Positions 25,626 through 38,300 of a stretch of DNA of 64,000 nt are shown here, one piece after another. Under the pieces are notes generated by a model. The model was not told the origin of the DNA and ran no database searches. It saw only the letters and a list, made by a program, of their open reading frames with translations. The position numbers and the translations under genes were made by a program. Every line of letters begins with the position of its first letter. The stretch's first letter is position 1. This DNA comes from Lama glama (Eukaryota): contig CM052817.1 of assembly GCA_028534125.1 (NCBI GenBank), positions 27,530,001 through 27,594,000 of the forward strand. Direction: 5' to 3'.

Positions 25626-28549
25626 AAATTAATAAATAAATAAAATTTAAAACAATGATATGCCATTTCATACACTAAGATTGGTGAGAGCTAAAAATAA
25701 CAAATGATGGCAGGGATTAGGGATATTCTCATACACTAAGTACAACCTCTCAAGGGAGTAAATTTGCTATTGTTTTAATGTGCCAGGTTGAAGATACCCT
25801 ATGGCTTACCCACTCCACTTGTAAATATTTACTCTAGATAAACTCTCATGCAAAGCTGTTCACCGCAGAATTGATTTTAAACGTAAAAAACTAAATGTTC
25901 ATCATTAAGATTAATTTTGGTAATTCATAAATAAAATACTATAAGATATAGTACTTATCACTCGAATAAATGAACTAAGCTTAAGTGTACGTGGATACAT
26001 CTTAAACACAATGTTCACTGAAAAAAAGTAGGTTCCAAGAGGATACATGAAGTATGGTACCATCTATTAAAAAATGTAAAGGGATACAAAGCTATGCTGT
26101 ATATGTTTATTCTCCATGTACCTAAGTAGTAAATACATACATAATAAAACTATAAAAACATGAACAGAAAGAGTATAGTAACTTCAGTGAGGAGTTGGCT
26201 CTGGATAGTTAGGATAGAGAGATGGGGAGGGGTTTCAACTGTAACATGTGTTATTTTATAAAAAAAGAAAAAATATAAAGTAAATATGGCAAAAGATTAA
26301 ATTCTGTGATACATGTAACCCTTGGAGTACAAAAAGGCTTTCTAAAAGATATACTAACACAAATTTTTAATGGAATGGACCAAACCATAGCTTCCATGTA
26401 TTTGTTTTCCTAAAAGTTATCTGTTTGAGAACTTGTCACACTGGTTCTTTCCAACCTCCTTTTCACATTTTGAAAGGCATCTTACTCAATCTTCGAAGTC
26501 TTAGTAGCTGTCAGATTTTCCAGGGCACTGAATAAAGGGGTAATTTGAAATAGCAGGTTAGATGCTGAGGAAAAAGTTGACTCTTAATAACTGTGTAAAC
26601 AAGTCCTTTTGCAATCTGGGTGCCTTTATGGGGGGGGTGGTGGAAATCCTTTCCCTCTACCCTTCTAAGTTCATTGGCTGGAGCCCTGTGGATTAGACTG
26701 ACAAAAAAAAGTAACAAGAGGAAAACAAAGCAAAGTTTATTAACATGTGCATGCTTCACATATATGGGAGTTATTCAAAGGGGTGGTGAGAATTTGGGCT
26801 TATGTACCATGTTAACAAAAGAGAAGTCACAAGACAAAGCAAAAGGACTTGAGTTTCTAGGGTGGCAAATTGTGGGAAGACAAATACATAGGGGAGCTAA
26901 TGGAAAATAAGAGCTAGTTAGTGAAGTTTGTTATGTAAAATTGCTTTGGTGTCCTCTCTGGACTGGTAAGAGTAACCTTTGCTCTTCCCGGTAGAGAGAG
27001 AAGAGGGAAGAATTTTACAAATTTATGTCCTGTTTTTAGGCAAATGGGGGGGAGGGCAGAGAGCTTTTCTTATATCTGCTGCTTCTCAATTGCCTTCAGC
27101 TTAAAAAAAAACCATTATGCAAAGTGGCAGATTTTGCTTCTGTTCACTTTCAATTACTTGTTTTCAATACCACTGGAGGACCAACCTGAGCTGTCAGTTG
27201 ATTGATCATTACATATAATACCTGATAATGAGTTACTATATGATTTCTGGCGTATTAAAACTCGGAAGAAATTACATTGCTACAACAAAATTCCTTTCAG
27301 TCTCTTTTAAACTTTTTAATATGGGAATTAAATGAAATCAGAGACTAACAGAATGAATATTCATAGCTTTCACCTTGATTAAACAATTATTAACATTTTG
27401 CTACATTTGCTTTCGTTCTGTCTATCCATCTAACTAGATTTTTTTGTTGTTGAAACTTTTGAACAAAAGTGCAGACATCCTGAAACTTTACCTGTAAATC
27501 ACATACCCCTCAAAAAAAATTAACAATAACTACATAGTCATCTGATATCCATCCTATAATCAAATATATATAATTGTCCCCCAAATTTCTTTTATTGCTA
27601 TTTCCAAATCTAGAATGTAGGCAATCAAACCACGCACCTGGCTATTATGACTTTGTACATGCTTTTAATTTGAAAAAACTGTGCCACCTCTTATGATTCT
27701 TACTTTTGGAAGGGTCTAGGCCAGCTATTTTGTAGAAAGTACTGCATTTTGACTTTTGTCCCATAGTGTTGTTTAACTTGTTACTCTGTCTCTTCACATT
27801 CTCGGTAAACTGGAAGTTAGGTCTAGAAGGGCGTGATAAGATTCAGAGTAAATATTCTGCCAAGAATTTCTTACAGGGCTTATGGAGAATGTTGTGAATA
27901 TTATGTCACATCAGGAGACAGTGGCAGGATAACCACCATACTCATGATGCTAAATTTGATTGCTTGATTAAGGTTTAATGTTATGTTGCTCCATGGAAAA
28001 AGATTCACCTTTCATCTTTTTTTTTTTTTTAACTAACGACAAATCTCTGGAGTGATACTTTGGAACTGTCAATATTGTGCCCCCATAAACATTTCACTCA
28101 ATGGTTTTAGCATCCACTGATGAGTCTTTCTATTATTAGTATTATTTTCTGGTCAGTTTTTAATGTATTTATTTTTTAATTGAATAGTTAATTTTTTTAC
28201 ATTATAAATACAGTATATAAGACTACCCACCAAAAGTTCTCCACTCTCTTCTACTTCTCATTAAGTTTCTCATGTTCCCTCTCTGAAACTTAAGACCTTT
28301 GATAAGAATATAAACTAATCAGGTTATAATACAAAAGAGGAAAATAATTAATTCCCTAACAGAGTAGGAATATATTCAGGGATTTCAGTGAGGGATTTTT
28401 TTCTGATGGGAAAAGGAGAGATTAGTGACAGCGTAACTGGGCAGTAGGATTGAAAGGGCATTAAAGCTTAAGGAAAGTCCCAATACCTAAAGGAAATGGA
28501 GAGAAGGGCTGAGGGAATGTCATACACAAAGGCACAAAGTGATACGCAG

Positions 28550-29900
28550 GAACCAGAGCATATTGGCTTGAAGGGTTGCTTGTTACATTCTTAAGAATTA
28601 GTGAGCTGGTTGTTATACACAATTATTAAAAATTTTAAGTATAAATTTTACAATAAGTTATACTAAAAATAGATAATATTAAAAACTCATTACTTCTTAG
28701 CTATTTTTACTACATCATGTACCATTATCAGTGTTAGATGTTTTATTTATTTCAATGGTATCTGCATGATGGAAATATTATATAATGGGGTGTAATGCAC
28801 ATCTCTTCCAACTCCATGTTCATTGACATTATGTTGGTCGTTTGAAATAGGTCATGGTGGAAGCATTTACATCATGGAAACATCAGCAAACACCGCAAAT
28901 CAGGGCTTGATTCATTGTTTTGTTGGTTGTCTAGACTTAAATGTGATGGAGAGAATGTTAATAATATAGATTAAACTAAAAAGTGTGTTATATCTGTAGC
29001 TGTTACACTGTGAATAGTATTAAAAATCTGAGTAAAGAGTCTTCCAGTATTCAGAATGAATATTCAGTTCAGCAAAGAAGCTGACCATATCACTGTTGAA
29101 AGGGTTAAGTTTCAATATACATCTTAGTTGTTCACTTTCACCTTACTGCCCAAAACAGAAATATCAAGCAGCATTCAAGGCACAACACCAGTTCATTGAC
29201 TGCAACCGTATGTTGCTGTAAGAGTTCAGCCAAAATCAACAGTATCCTGTGAGAATCAACTGGGTAAATGGATAACTGAATCGTTTGCTGTATACCTGAA
29301 TCTAACATTGTAAATCAACTACACTTCAATAAAAAATAAGAATAAAAAATTTAAAGAAAAAATTGGCTATGTGGAATTTACAATAAGAGACATTTTCTAT
29401 TTTAGTATTTCTGTAATAAGAGAACCCTTTAAATCAGTAAAACATATATATATATTGCTATGGACTGAACTGTGTCCCCCCAAAATTCATATGTTGAAGC
29501 CCTACCCACAATGTGACTCTATTTGAAGCTAGGATCTTTAGGAGGTAATTAAGGGTAAATGAGGTTGTAAGGGTGGAGCCCTAGTCCAACGGGACAGGGT
29601 GGCCTTATGAAAAAAGGAAAAGCTATTGCTCACTCTCTCCCCACCCCTTGCCCCACACATGCACTCACCTGGAAAAGGCCATATGAGCATACAGTGAAGC
29701 AGCAGCCACCTACCAGTCAAGAGAAGACACCTCAGAATGAAACTACCTGCCAACACCTTGATCTTGAATTTAGCAGCCTCCAGAACTGTGAGAAATAAAT
29801 TTGTTGTTTAAGCCACCCAGCCTACGATATTTTGTATGGCAGTCCAAGTTTAGAGACATACAACATGCATATACACCTACTTACACATGCACTCCTGGTA
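28550..29900 (+). mobile_element. MER63-like hAT DNA transposon with nested L1 tail and MLT1 LTR
   Basis: gagctggttgtta...aaaactcattacttc...catctcttccaactccatgttca...caaatcagggcttg matches the recalled MER63 consensus. Confidence 0.65.
29456..29858 (+). mobile_element. MLT1B-like MaLR LTR
   Basis: tgctatggactgaactgtgtcccc...cagcctccagaactgtgagaaataaatt...tttgtatggcag. Confidence 0.85.
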
Positions 29901-30299
29901 GGTACACAAATAATTATAAGAAATGTTAGAGTGTTAAGTGCTATAAATATATGGAGTAAATATGTGAAGAGTGCAGAAGACATGGCATTTTTCCTCAGGT
30001 AGGTCATCCAGGCTGAAGAGCCTGAGGACTTGAACTTGGGTAGCGGCCTTAGGAAAACAGAAGTTTACTGTGGCTTCAAGAGAGCACAATTTGGTTAGCT
30101 ACAGCTGACTAGCACCTGGACTGCTTGTGGCTACTGGTGGAAAACTACACATACGAGAAGTCAGAGTCACGGTTTTCAAGTGGGGTACCAGCTGTCCTAA
30201 TAGTCAGCTTCCTCTCCCCAAGCCCCTCAGATTTTATTATCAATTCACTGCTCTTCTAACTCCTCCTTGGCTAGTTTTTCCCTAGATCTTAGAAGACGT

Positions 30300-31000
30300 T
30301 CCCTCTCCAGCACACCCATACCTAGTCAGTCATCAAATCTTGGATGACTTCTCCAAGTCATCTTTCCTCTTCTCTTCTCTTCCCCACAACATTGCCTCGG
30401 TTCAGAATCCCATCACTTCTCTCCTGTGTACATGCAACGGCTTCCCTATCAAGGCCCCGGCTTTTGATTTGCTCCTCTGGTCATCTTCTATTCTGTTTCC
30501 AAAGTGATCCTTTTAAGTCTCATGATGTCACACTTCTTAAAATTGTACCATGGTTCCCTGGATTCCACGGTCAAGTTCAGATCCAATCCTGAGCACACCT
30601 GCCAGCCTCTCTGGCCCAGACCTTTCACAATCCCTGCCACCCCCTTCTCTCCCCTCCCCACCTTCATTCTGGTCAAACTGAACTAGTCCTCTATCCTGTT
30701 GCTTCATGCACTTTCTGTTGCTGTCTGGAATCCCTTCCTCCATTTAGCCAACTTCTTGTCCTTCAGAACTTTAGGGCCAGAATTACCTTTTCCTGGACCC
30801 TTCCCAGACCCCCTCTGACTTAGAGCCCTTCCTAGTGCTCCCTGGGATTAACTCAGCCTCTGTCCACATTACACAATCAGTGTATTGTGATTTCGGTTTA
30901 CTTGTCTGTCTCTCCTGCAGTCTGTGCCACAGTCATCTTTCTATCTTCCTTGCCAAGCATGGGTCCTGTCACATGCAGGACTCATTTAGTGCTGTTGAAA
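30300..31000. mobile_element. Degraded L2 fragments
   Basis: Pyrimidine-rich L2-like motifs (tgtcacacttcttaaa, tctggaatcccttcc). Confidence 0.5.
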
Positions 31001-31149
31001 GAATTAATTTTAGGAGTAGCACCACAGGGCTTCGTGAGCCCCTCGAAGAAAACAGCCAGGACTATGTTTCTGAGGCTTCTATATTAGGAAGGAGACTTCG
31101 CTGTTTGGACCGGGGCAGGCTGGACCATCCTTCAGCTAATGAGGAGAGA

Positions 31150-31800
31150 AAAGCTGCTTCGCCCGCCTCGCTTCTTAACTTACCGATGAGCCGATGGGCG
31201 TGCACGACGCGTGAAGCCGAACCCAGAAAAACGACACTTCCCGTCATGCCTCAGGGCACCGCCCCGGGTTTCCCCGCTACGCCACCGCCTCTTCCCCACG
31301 GAAGTGAAGCGAGCACTTCCGGGTTCGGCAATTACCCGGAGCCGGCGGCGTTAGGTCGTCCCTACTGGGCCTTGTTCCGAAGCTCCGCCTTCGCTCTGGT
31401 CTTTCGAGAAACCCAGCTTTGCTCTTGGACGTGCCAGACAGGTATTTCCCGGCCACTGCGGGTGCCCGTGGACAGTCCGCTGCACTGAAGCGGCGAGACC
31501 TTTGCTCTGTGGAGGCCCGGAGCCCCCGCAGGGCGGGGCGGGCTTCGGCACTAGGCAGAGTAGTCGATTCCCGGATTCGGGGCCCCGGTGCTGACCTCCT
31601 TTCTTTTTCCGATTGCAGCGTCCCAGACGCGTGTGTGAGCCCACCCCCCCACCATGGCGGATACGGCTCCGAACGGCCCCCAAGGGGCGGGCGCAGTGGT
31701 AAGTGAGAGGGCAGGGTCGTTTGGCTTGACTTGGAAGTTAGGAAGGATCAGGAAGTGTTGCAGGTCGGGTCCGAGGCGTTCTAGAAGCTCAGCGCTTTCA
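31150..31800. promoter_or_regulatory. TMEM33: TMEM33 CpG-island promoter (probably bidirectional)
   Basis: CpG-rich; inverted ETS/GABP pair CGGAAGTG (31299-31306) / CACTTCCG (31314-31321); GC box GGGCGGGGCGGG at ~31531; no TATA box. Confidence 0.85.
31654..31698 (+). CDS. TMEM33: Transmembrane protein 33, coding exon 1 (MADTAPNGPQGAGAV)
   Basis: Kozak ACCATGG; donor GTG|GTAAGT; matches the known TMEM33 N-terminus. Confidence 0.97.
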
Positions 31801-32369
31801 GGACTGGGATTAGTGATTGGGGTGGGGGTGGGGAAAGGGCCGATCGTGTGCTAAGACGTTAGAGAGAGCTAAAAGTTTGTTTCCAAAGCCACAACTGGCC
31901 GGCCTGGAGCAGGCGGCCCTCACCTATATGCCTACCTGTGTGCGGTGGAAATTGGGCCTTCTTGTCCCTTCCCACTACTCTGTCTCTGGCTTGGGTCCCA
32001 AGGTAGAAGATGCCACTTGAGTATGTCTCGTGACATGCGCCTCATTCCATGCAAGCCTCATTCCGCACACGCGTGCTGGAAGAGAACCGTTCTGCCCGTT
32101 TTATGCTATTAGAAATTATACGAAAGGAGGAGAGTGTCTCCCCGCCCCCGTTCGTAAATTTACGAAGAAAACAAGTATTACGCTTTTTAAAATTTTTTAT
32201 TCTTAAGATGCCGATCTGCTGCTTACTAGTTATTTGTACCAGAAGCATAATTGCTCTCTAATTTTAAATACTGTAAGTATGTGAATTGAGTGAGTCACTT
32301 TTTTCTTTTTCTTTCCTTTATTTTTCTGAGCCATTTTAGAGTCGTATGCATCATGATGATTATTAACCC

Positions 32370-33000
32370 ATAAGTACTTAAGTATTCTTTTACATGACCA
32401 CAATGCAGTTATTGCAGCAATTTTTGCAGTTAAAGCTGGGAAATTTAACATTGATACATGTTATTACCTACTATACAGTTCATATTCAAATTATGTCGAT
32501 TGTCCCTTAAAGCTGCTTCCTCCTTATCCAGATTCAATCAAAAAGTGTACACTGCATTTACTGGCCTCTGGTCCGTTTTAGTCTAGAACAATTCCCTTGC
32601 CCTCATCCTCCCATTTTTATCTTTCAAGAATCCAGGCCTGTTGTTTTGCAGAATGCTCCTCAAATTGGAGTTGTTTGATTTTTTTTTTTTCCCTTTGATG
32701 ACTAGATTCAGGTTAAACATTTTGGTAGAAATATTACAAAAGTAACACTCCGTTCATCTCAGTGCATTATTTTTATTAGGAAGCATTTTATGTTGGTTTA
32801 TCCCATCATTGGAGATATTGTTTGACCATTTGGTTAAGATGGTGTCCTCCAGATTTCTCCATTATTAAGATAACTTTTTTCTCTTTGTAAATAAAAAGTG
32901 TTCTATGGCATGATACTTTGAGACTGTGTGAATAATTTTTCACCTCGGTTGTTTTTTCACCCCAAAATCCATTAATATTTTTTGCCTGAGCTATTTATAA
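32370..33000 (-). mobile_element. Old L1 (L1M-type) fragment in intron 1
   Basis: agattcaggttaaacatttttgg, ccatttggttaagatggtgtc, gatactttgagactg motifs; similar to 27350-28130. Confidence 0.55.
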
Positions 33001-34534
33001 CATGGTTAGTCAGTTCACTGTTAAAATGTAAACCAATACACTTTTTTAAACCTTTTTTATTGTGTAATAGAGTACACGGGCATAAAAGTGTAGAAATGAA
33101 ATGCAGAGCTCACTGATTTATCACAAAATGAACACCTTAAACAAACGGGTTTTAAAGAAAATGCTCTAAAATTAAATTGCAGACTATCATGCAGTCTGAA
33201 TATTTGTAGAGAAACTGAGCATGGAAAGCTAGATTCATCCTTCCACTTGACTACCACGGATCATTTAAATTTAGAAGAGTCACAGTGTAGTAGATTGGGA
33301 TAGAATAAACCAGAGGTATATATCTGAAATTACCTGCATATTATTAGAAAGCATACAATAAAATTAAATTTCAAAATTCTTGGTTTTCTAAATATGCTTG
33401 CATTTTTTCCCCAGAAGTTTTTTTATGTCTTCTTTAAAAAGATAATTAAGTTAGATTGCCTTGAGTAGTATCTTAGACTCCAGGTTAAGACCTATTAGTG
33501 AGTTTTAAAATCACTTTAGTGGAAACACTAAGTATTTCTAAAACATTAAATGGAATACAAAATACCAAAATCCATCACATGTAGTGAATATAACTATTGT
33601 TTTGTGAAAATTTTGTTTATATACCCACACATGTCTGTATTGGGTCTTGAGGTAAAAATTGTCTATGTAGATTCTATCAAAAAATTATATAAATGCCACT
33701 TTAGAATTGAATATGATACACTGTGAATGAGAAAACAGATTTTAAGTTATTAGTGATGATGGACATATCTGTTGGTAAAATGCAGTGAAAGAAAAGACAG
33801 AATGAGGAGAAGAAAGTGATACATGGAAGTTTAATCTAGGGCCACAGAAACCAGGGTAAGTCTTATGAGGGAGCTGCAAGAGGATGAAAAAGCCATAAAA
33901 TGAGAGGTAGGTGCCATTAACACCTGGCAACCATATTTTGACCCTCTACAGTATGCCAGGCCCTTGTGTCTAAGTTGGCAAATCATCCATAAGCTAATGA
34001 GTTCAATGGTGACTGTTACCGTGGTTTTACATTTCTCGTTTGTAAGGCTGATTTAATCCAAACTGGCTTTGTGTGATGCCTTTTTACTCAGATGTGAGAC
34101 TTGCCTGTTTGAATTTGAGATTTTTCTAAGAATAAGAATTATGGTCCTCTTGAGAGCAATTAGTTCCTATTTAATGTTCTTTTAAGTAGATGAAGCCAGT
34201 ATTGCAAATGCTGAAGGAATAGACAATGGTAGTTAAGTTTATGTTCAAATTTTCCTTGTCTAATAAGTTTTTAAATTTTTTAAGATGTCAGCTGGTATTT
34301 TTCTATAAGTACTTTCTGTGCTTTCCATGTTGAAACTGTAAGGAGTTGGCCTAGTTACTGAGCACATACATGAAACAATGTCCCTAACAGTTTTCATGTA
34401 ATGATCTTATAAAAAAACAATTGCAAGAGGGACATTAAGCCATTTTTGAGTAAGAATAAAACTACGTAGTATTCATCCTTAAAAACATAATTCGCAAGCT
34501 TAATTTACTACAGTATTTTTCTTTTTAAATTCAG

Positions 34535-34629
34535 CAATTCATGATGACCAATAAGTTGGACACAGCAATGTGGCTTTCTCGCTTATTCACAGTTTACTGC
34601 TCTGCTTTGTTCGTTCTGCCTCTTCTTGG
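34535..34629 (+). CDS. TMEM33: TMEM33 coding exon 2 (QFMMTNKLDTAMWLSRLFTVYCSALFVLPLLG)
   Basis: ttcag| acceptor, GG|gtatgt donor; 95 nt, in frame. Confidence 0.97.
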
Positions 34630-35175
34630 GTATGTATTATATGTGTTTCTGCCTTTGAGATTCACTTGTTCAGTCAGTTTTTATGGAAAACTTAGGTGTC
34701 AGACTTGTTAAACTGCAGGAGGTGCAGGGAGAAATATAACACAACTCTCATCCTTTAGGCACTAATATCGTAGTAATATTACCAACTGGAAGTAATATTT
34801 TATATCATGTGCTTTGTGAGAAGTAACATCACATTGAAAATCTGAAAGAAAATGGATGTGGGAATGAGATGAGTTCATGTTCTTTTGCATTTTTGACTGT
34901 TTAAAAGGAAAAATCACTGCCCTATAAAATTCAGTTGGGTATTCTACATCAACTGTGCTTCAGTAAATCTAAATAAATAAATAGATAAATAAAAATTGTT
35001 GGATATATATAAATAAAGGGATGCTTCTAAAAACATACAGTTGAGTCAAGTAATTTTTTTTCTATTGACAAGTAATAGATTTAGGTGTAGTGCAATTATG
35101 ATGCAATTCACAAAGGAGGAAGAGGCATGGTAGTTGTTTGTGTCTCATGATAACCTCTCCCCTGGTAATTTGCAG

Positions 35176-35363
35176 GTTGCACGAAGCGGCAAGCTTTTAC
35201 CAGCGTGCTTTGCTGGCAAATGCTCTGACTAGCGCTCTGAGGCTGCACCAGAGACTGCCGCACTTCCAGTTAAGCAGAGCGTTCCTGGCCCAGGCTTTGC
35301 TAGAGGACAGCTGCCACTACCTGTTGTATTCACTCATCTTTGTCAATTCCTACCCTGTTACAA
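35176..35363 (+). CDS. TMEM33: TMEM33 coding exon 3 (LHEAASFYQRALLANALTSALRLHQR...VNSYPVT)
   Basis: tgcag| acceptor; 188 nt; followed by the U12-type donor GTATCCTTT. Confidence 0.97.
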
Positions 35364-38300
35364 GTATCCTTTTGTACCTTTTTAACAGTGAAATTGCCTC
35401 CTGAGTATATAGAAGATCTCTTCTGATTATTTTTTTTGATAAAGGAAGGATTCGGCAATGAGGGTGTTTCATGAAGCCTGGGTTGGTTGGTTGGTTCGCA
35501 GCTTCATTTGAACACAGATACATTCAATGTAAGAATTTCTGACTCTAAAATGTGAAGTCTAAATTTTGAAGAGCTAACTTGGGAATTTTAAACTTTGGAA
35601 CTTTGTTCTTGCCTCTTGTAAGCTTCTCTTAGCAGTGGATATTTTAAAATTCAGCTTCAAAGAATAAGCCTACGGAGGACTCATTTTAATATTTATTTTT
35701 CTTTTATTTAATTTACGTCTTCTTTGGGAAAATGCCCAGATGTCTTGCTTTAAAAAAAGAGAAATCCAATCCTCAGCTCTTTCTTTTAACTCCCAGTGAG
35801 CTAGAAACATATGGAAATTCAAGGAATAACTTATTTAAGCAAAGAGTGAGATAATTAATCAGTAAAATAAAAAGAAATTAGTGCTTGTTATGGGTAGAGT
35901 AGAAAATAAGGGCACATAGATACTCCCTGGAGCTAATGAGAATTAACTCATTTGAAATTTGTTTACACATTTCAAAACTATGTTGTGGGATGATAATAAA
36001 TATTCTTAAAAAGGAAGAGAAGGGATTTTGCAATTTAGTGTGTTTGGGAAGCACTAGGTTAAACATCGTTAGGTTTCTTTACTGTAGACCTTTGATATGG
36101 TAGTGTGCCTTGTGAGACAGAGTTACCAGTGTTTCCTAAATGTAATCATTTTAATCTGTTCTCCACCCTCACCCCGCCACATGAATCATCCCTCAGGATA
36201 GTATTTTGTACTTTCAGAAGTGTGGCTCCTAAGTGTTCTTGAATGTTTATTATACAACTGTACATGATGGAAAGCACAATAAAATATGTCTCTAACACTA
36301 TTTAGATAGTATTTTCTATGTTCATGAAGTATCAAATTTTAAATAGTTTTTTTTATCAAAGTTTTTGAGCACCTGTTTTGCCAGTGTATACAAACTTGAC
36401 ATGTTTAGTCCTTGCAACACTCTGAAAAAAATTATCATGAGCATTGTATTGATAAGGATATTGAGGCTCAAAGAATTTAAAATAACTTGTCTGACATCAC
36501 ATTAGCAAGTAAGCAGTAATGCTGACAAGGTCTATCTGACTTAAAAGGTCTGCCTAATCTACGATTATTGAGTGAGTAGCACTTAAGTGTAGTTTTAAAA
36601 TGTTTCTGTCTATACCTGGACAAAGCTGGTAGCTCAACTTAACGTAGTATATGGAGAGTCTGTTTAAATTTGTAGTTTAGAATGTAAGGAATAGTTTTGC
36701 AAGTTTCAGTGCATGCTTGGGTCTGTAATGCTCCATTATAATTTGTATTTGTTAATATTTGGGTAAAAGTCACTGATAATTGTTGTACTACAGCGGTAAA
36801 TGATATAATCACATTTGTTTGGCATATCATTGGATTGACCTGCTTTGGTCAGCTATGCTCTTTGAGGTCCTTTACAATTACCAATGTTAAAATTCTTACT
36901 TTTCTGAGATATAATGGAAAATTACATAGAAGTTCTTGTTTCTGCTCTTAAAATTTCTTTAAATAGAAATGATAGAAAATGTGTTTTCTAGATAATTAAT
37001 ATAAAACAAATTGACTATATCAGTACTGACCTCTGGTACAGTTTTATTGAGTGAATCCTGAGATGGTGCCAAATGACTCATGACAGTGAAGACAGGCTCT
37101 CTCTGCCTTTTCTATCCAATTAGTTTTTTGCTAGCCCATCTTTAGGGAATGTTGAAGATTAAGGATTTCATGTTTAAGTTCTTACAGGGAGGGGGTGTGG
37201 GAGTAATCAGTGGGAATAACATTAACTGTTAGTTGGCAAGAAATACTAATCTGATTCCTAAGTGGTTGCATATTATGTTAATATACCTAAGCCCAAAGGC
37301 ATGTTCTGATTTTTGCTTTTACAAAAGTGATGTATTGTCCTTGTTCTATTGTAGAATTTTCACCCTTACATTTCCTAGTTTTAAAGTAACAATAAATGCT
37401 AAATTATGAATCTCTTATCAAGAATTTATGAACTATAGAATGTTAGAGATGTGAGACTCATTAGAAATCCTCAGCTTTGATTGCTGCAAATTCATTTGAC
37501 AGAAGATGGAACTGGACCTAGAGAAATGAAGTTAGTGCAGAGCCAAGAGCGGGACCCAGATATCTTGACTCTGAATTCAGGATTCTGTTTTTATTACCTG
37601 ACATTGCTTCTGTATTGAATCAGGCTTCAAGACAGGATATGTGTCAAAGTTTAAATTGAGTTTTTTAAGAAGCAGTAGAGTTTTATAGTGGCCTTAGAGA
37701 AGAGAGGGTTGTAGCTTTCATCAGTTTCAAAAGTATGATTCATTAAAAAGTGTGAAACTGTTATATATGGGTGTGTATGTGTGTGTATATATATATATGA
37801 TCTCTACTCAGGAAATTGGCATTTTACTTAATTCTTATGAGTGGCAGGGAAGAATTGGTCAGGATATTAGTTTAGAGAACTTTTATGTTAGAGAGTTAGG
37901 ATTCTTACAATACTTGGCTGTGTTTACTTGCCAGTTGGAAATTAGGAATCCTAAATGATAAGTTATGGTCATGATGAATTTGATACTCAGATTGTGTTGT
38001 AGTGGTCACCATTTCCCTCACATCAAGCTTTCAGTTGATGTAGAAAAATACAATGGTTTCTTTCTTAGAAACTGCTACTATTTCTGGGGCAAATGCTTTT
38101 GCCATCCATGATTAACTGTCTTATCATTTCATGAAAATAACCTGGACAAGTGAGATTTTTTTGTTGTCAACCTAGCAGAAATTGGGGTAGAGTCTTTTGA
38201 GCAATTTCCATTTTTCAAAAAGCTGAATGAAAATTGTATATTTTTATTATCCATGACATAAGTCAAACAGTAGAACTTAAATATTAAGGATTCTTTGCTT

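Larger units (their letters stand above)
17100..31247 (-). pseudogene. Putative decayed multi-exon gene (unitary pseudogene) or spliced divergent transcript, head-to-head with TMEM33; product unidentified
   Basis: Minus-strand exon-like blocks at 31247-31184, 27279-27186, 26527-26359, 25266-25053, 24956-24923, 24748-24592, 23437-23050, 19756-19651, 19225-19091, ~18604-18392 and from 17675. Most have polypyrimidine-AG acceptors and GT donors. Blocks 25266 to 19091 join in one frame, with internal stops. Confidence 0.55.

Noticed and set aside
30835..31488. 217-aa plus-strand ORF upstream of TMEM33
   Set aside because: Starts at GTG in an L2 remnant and runs through the promoter CpG island; no recognisable protein.
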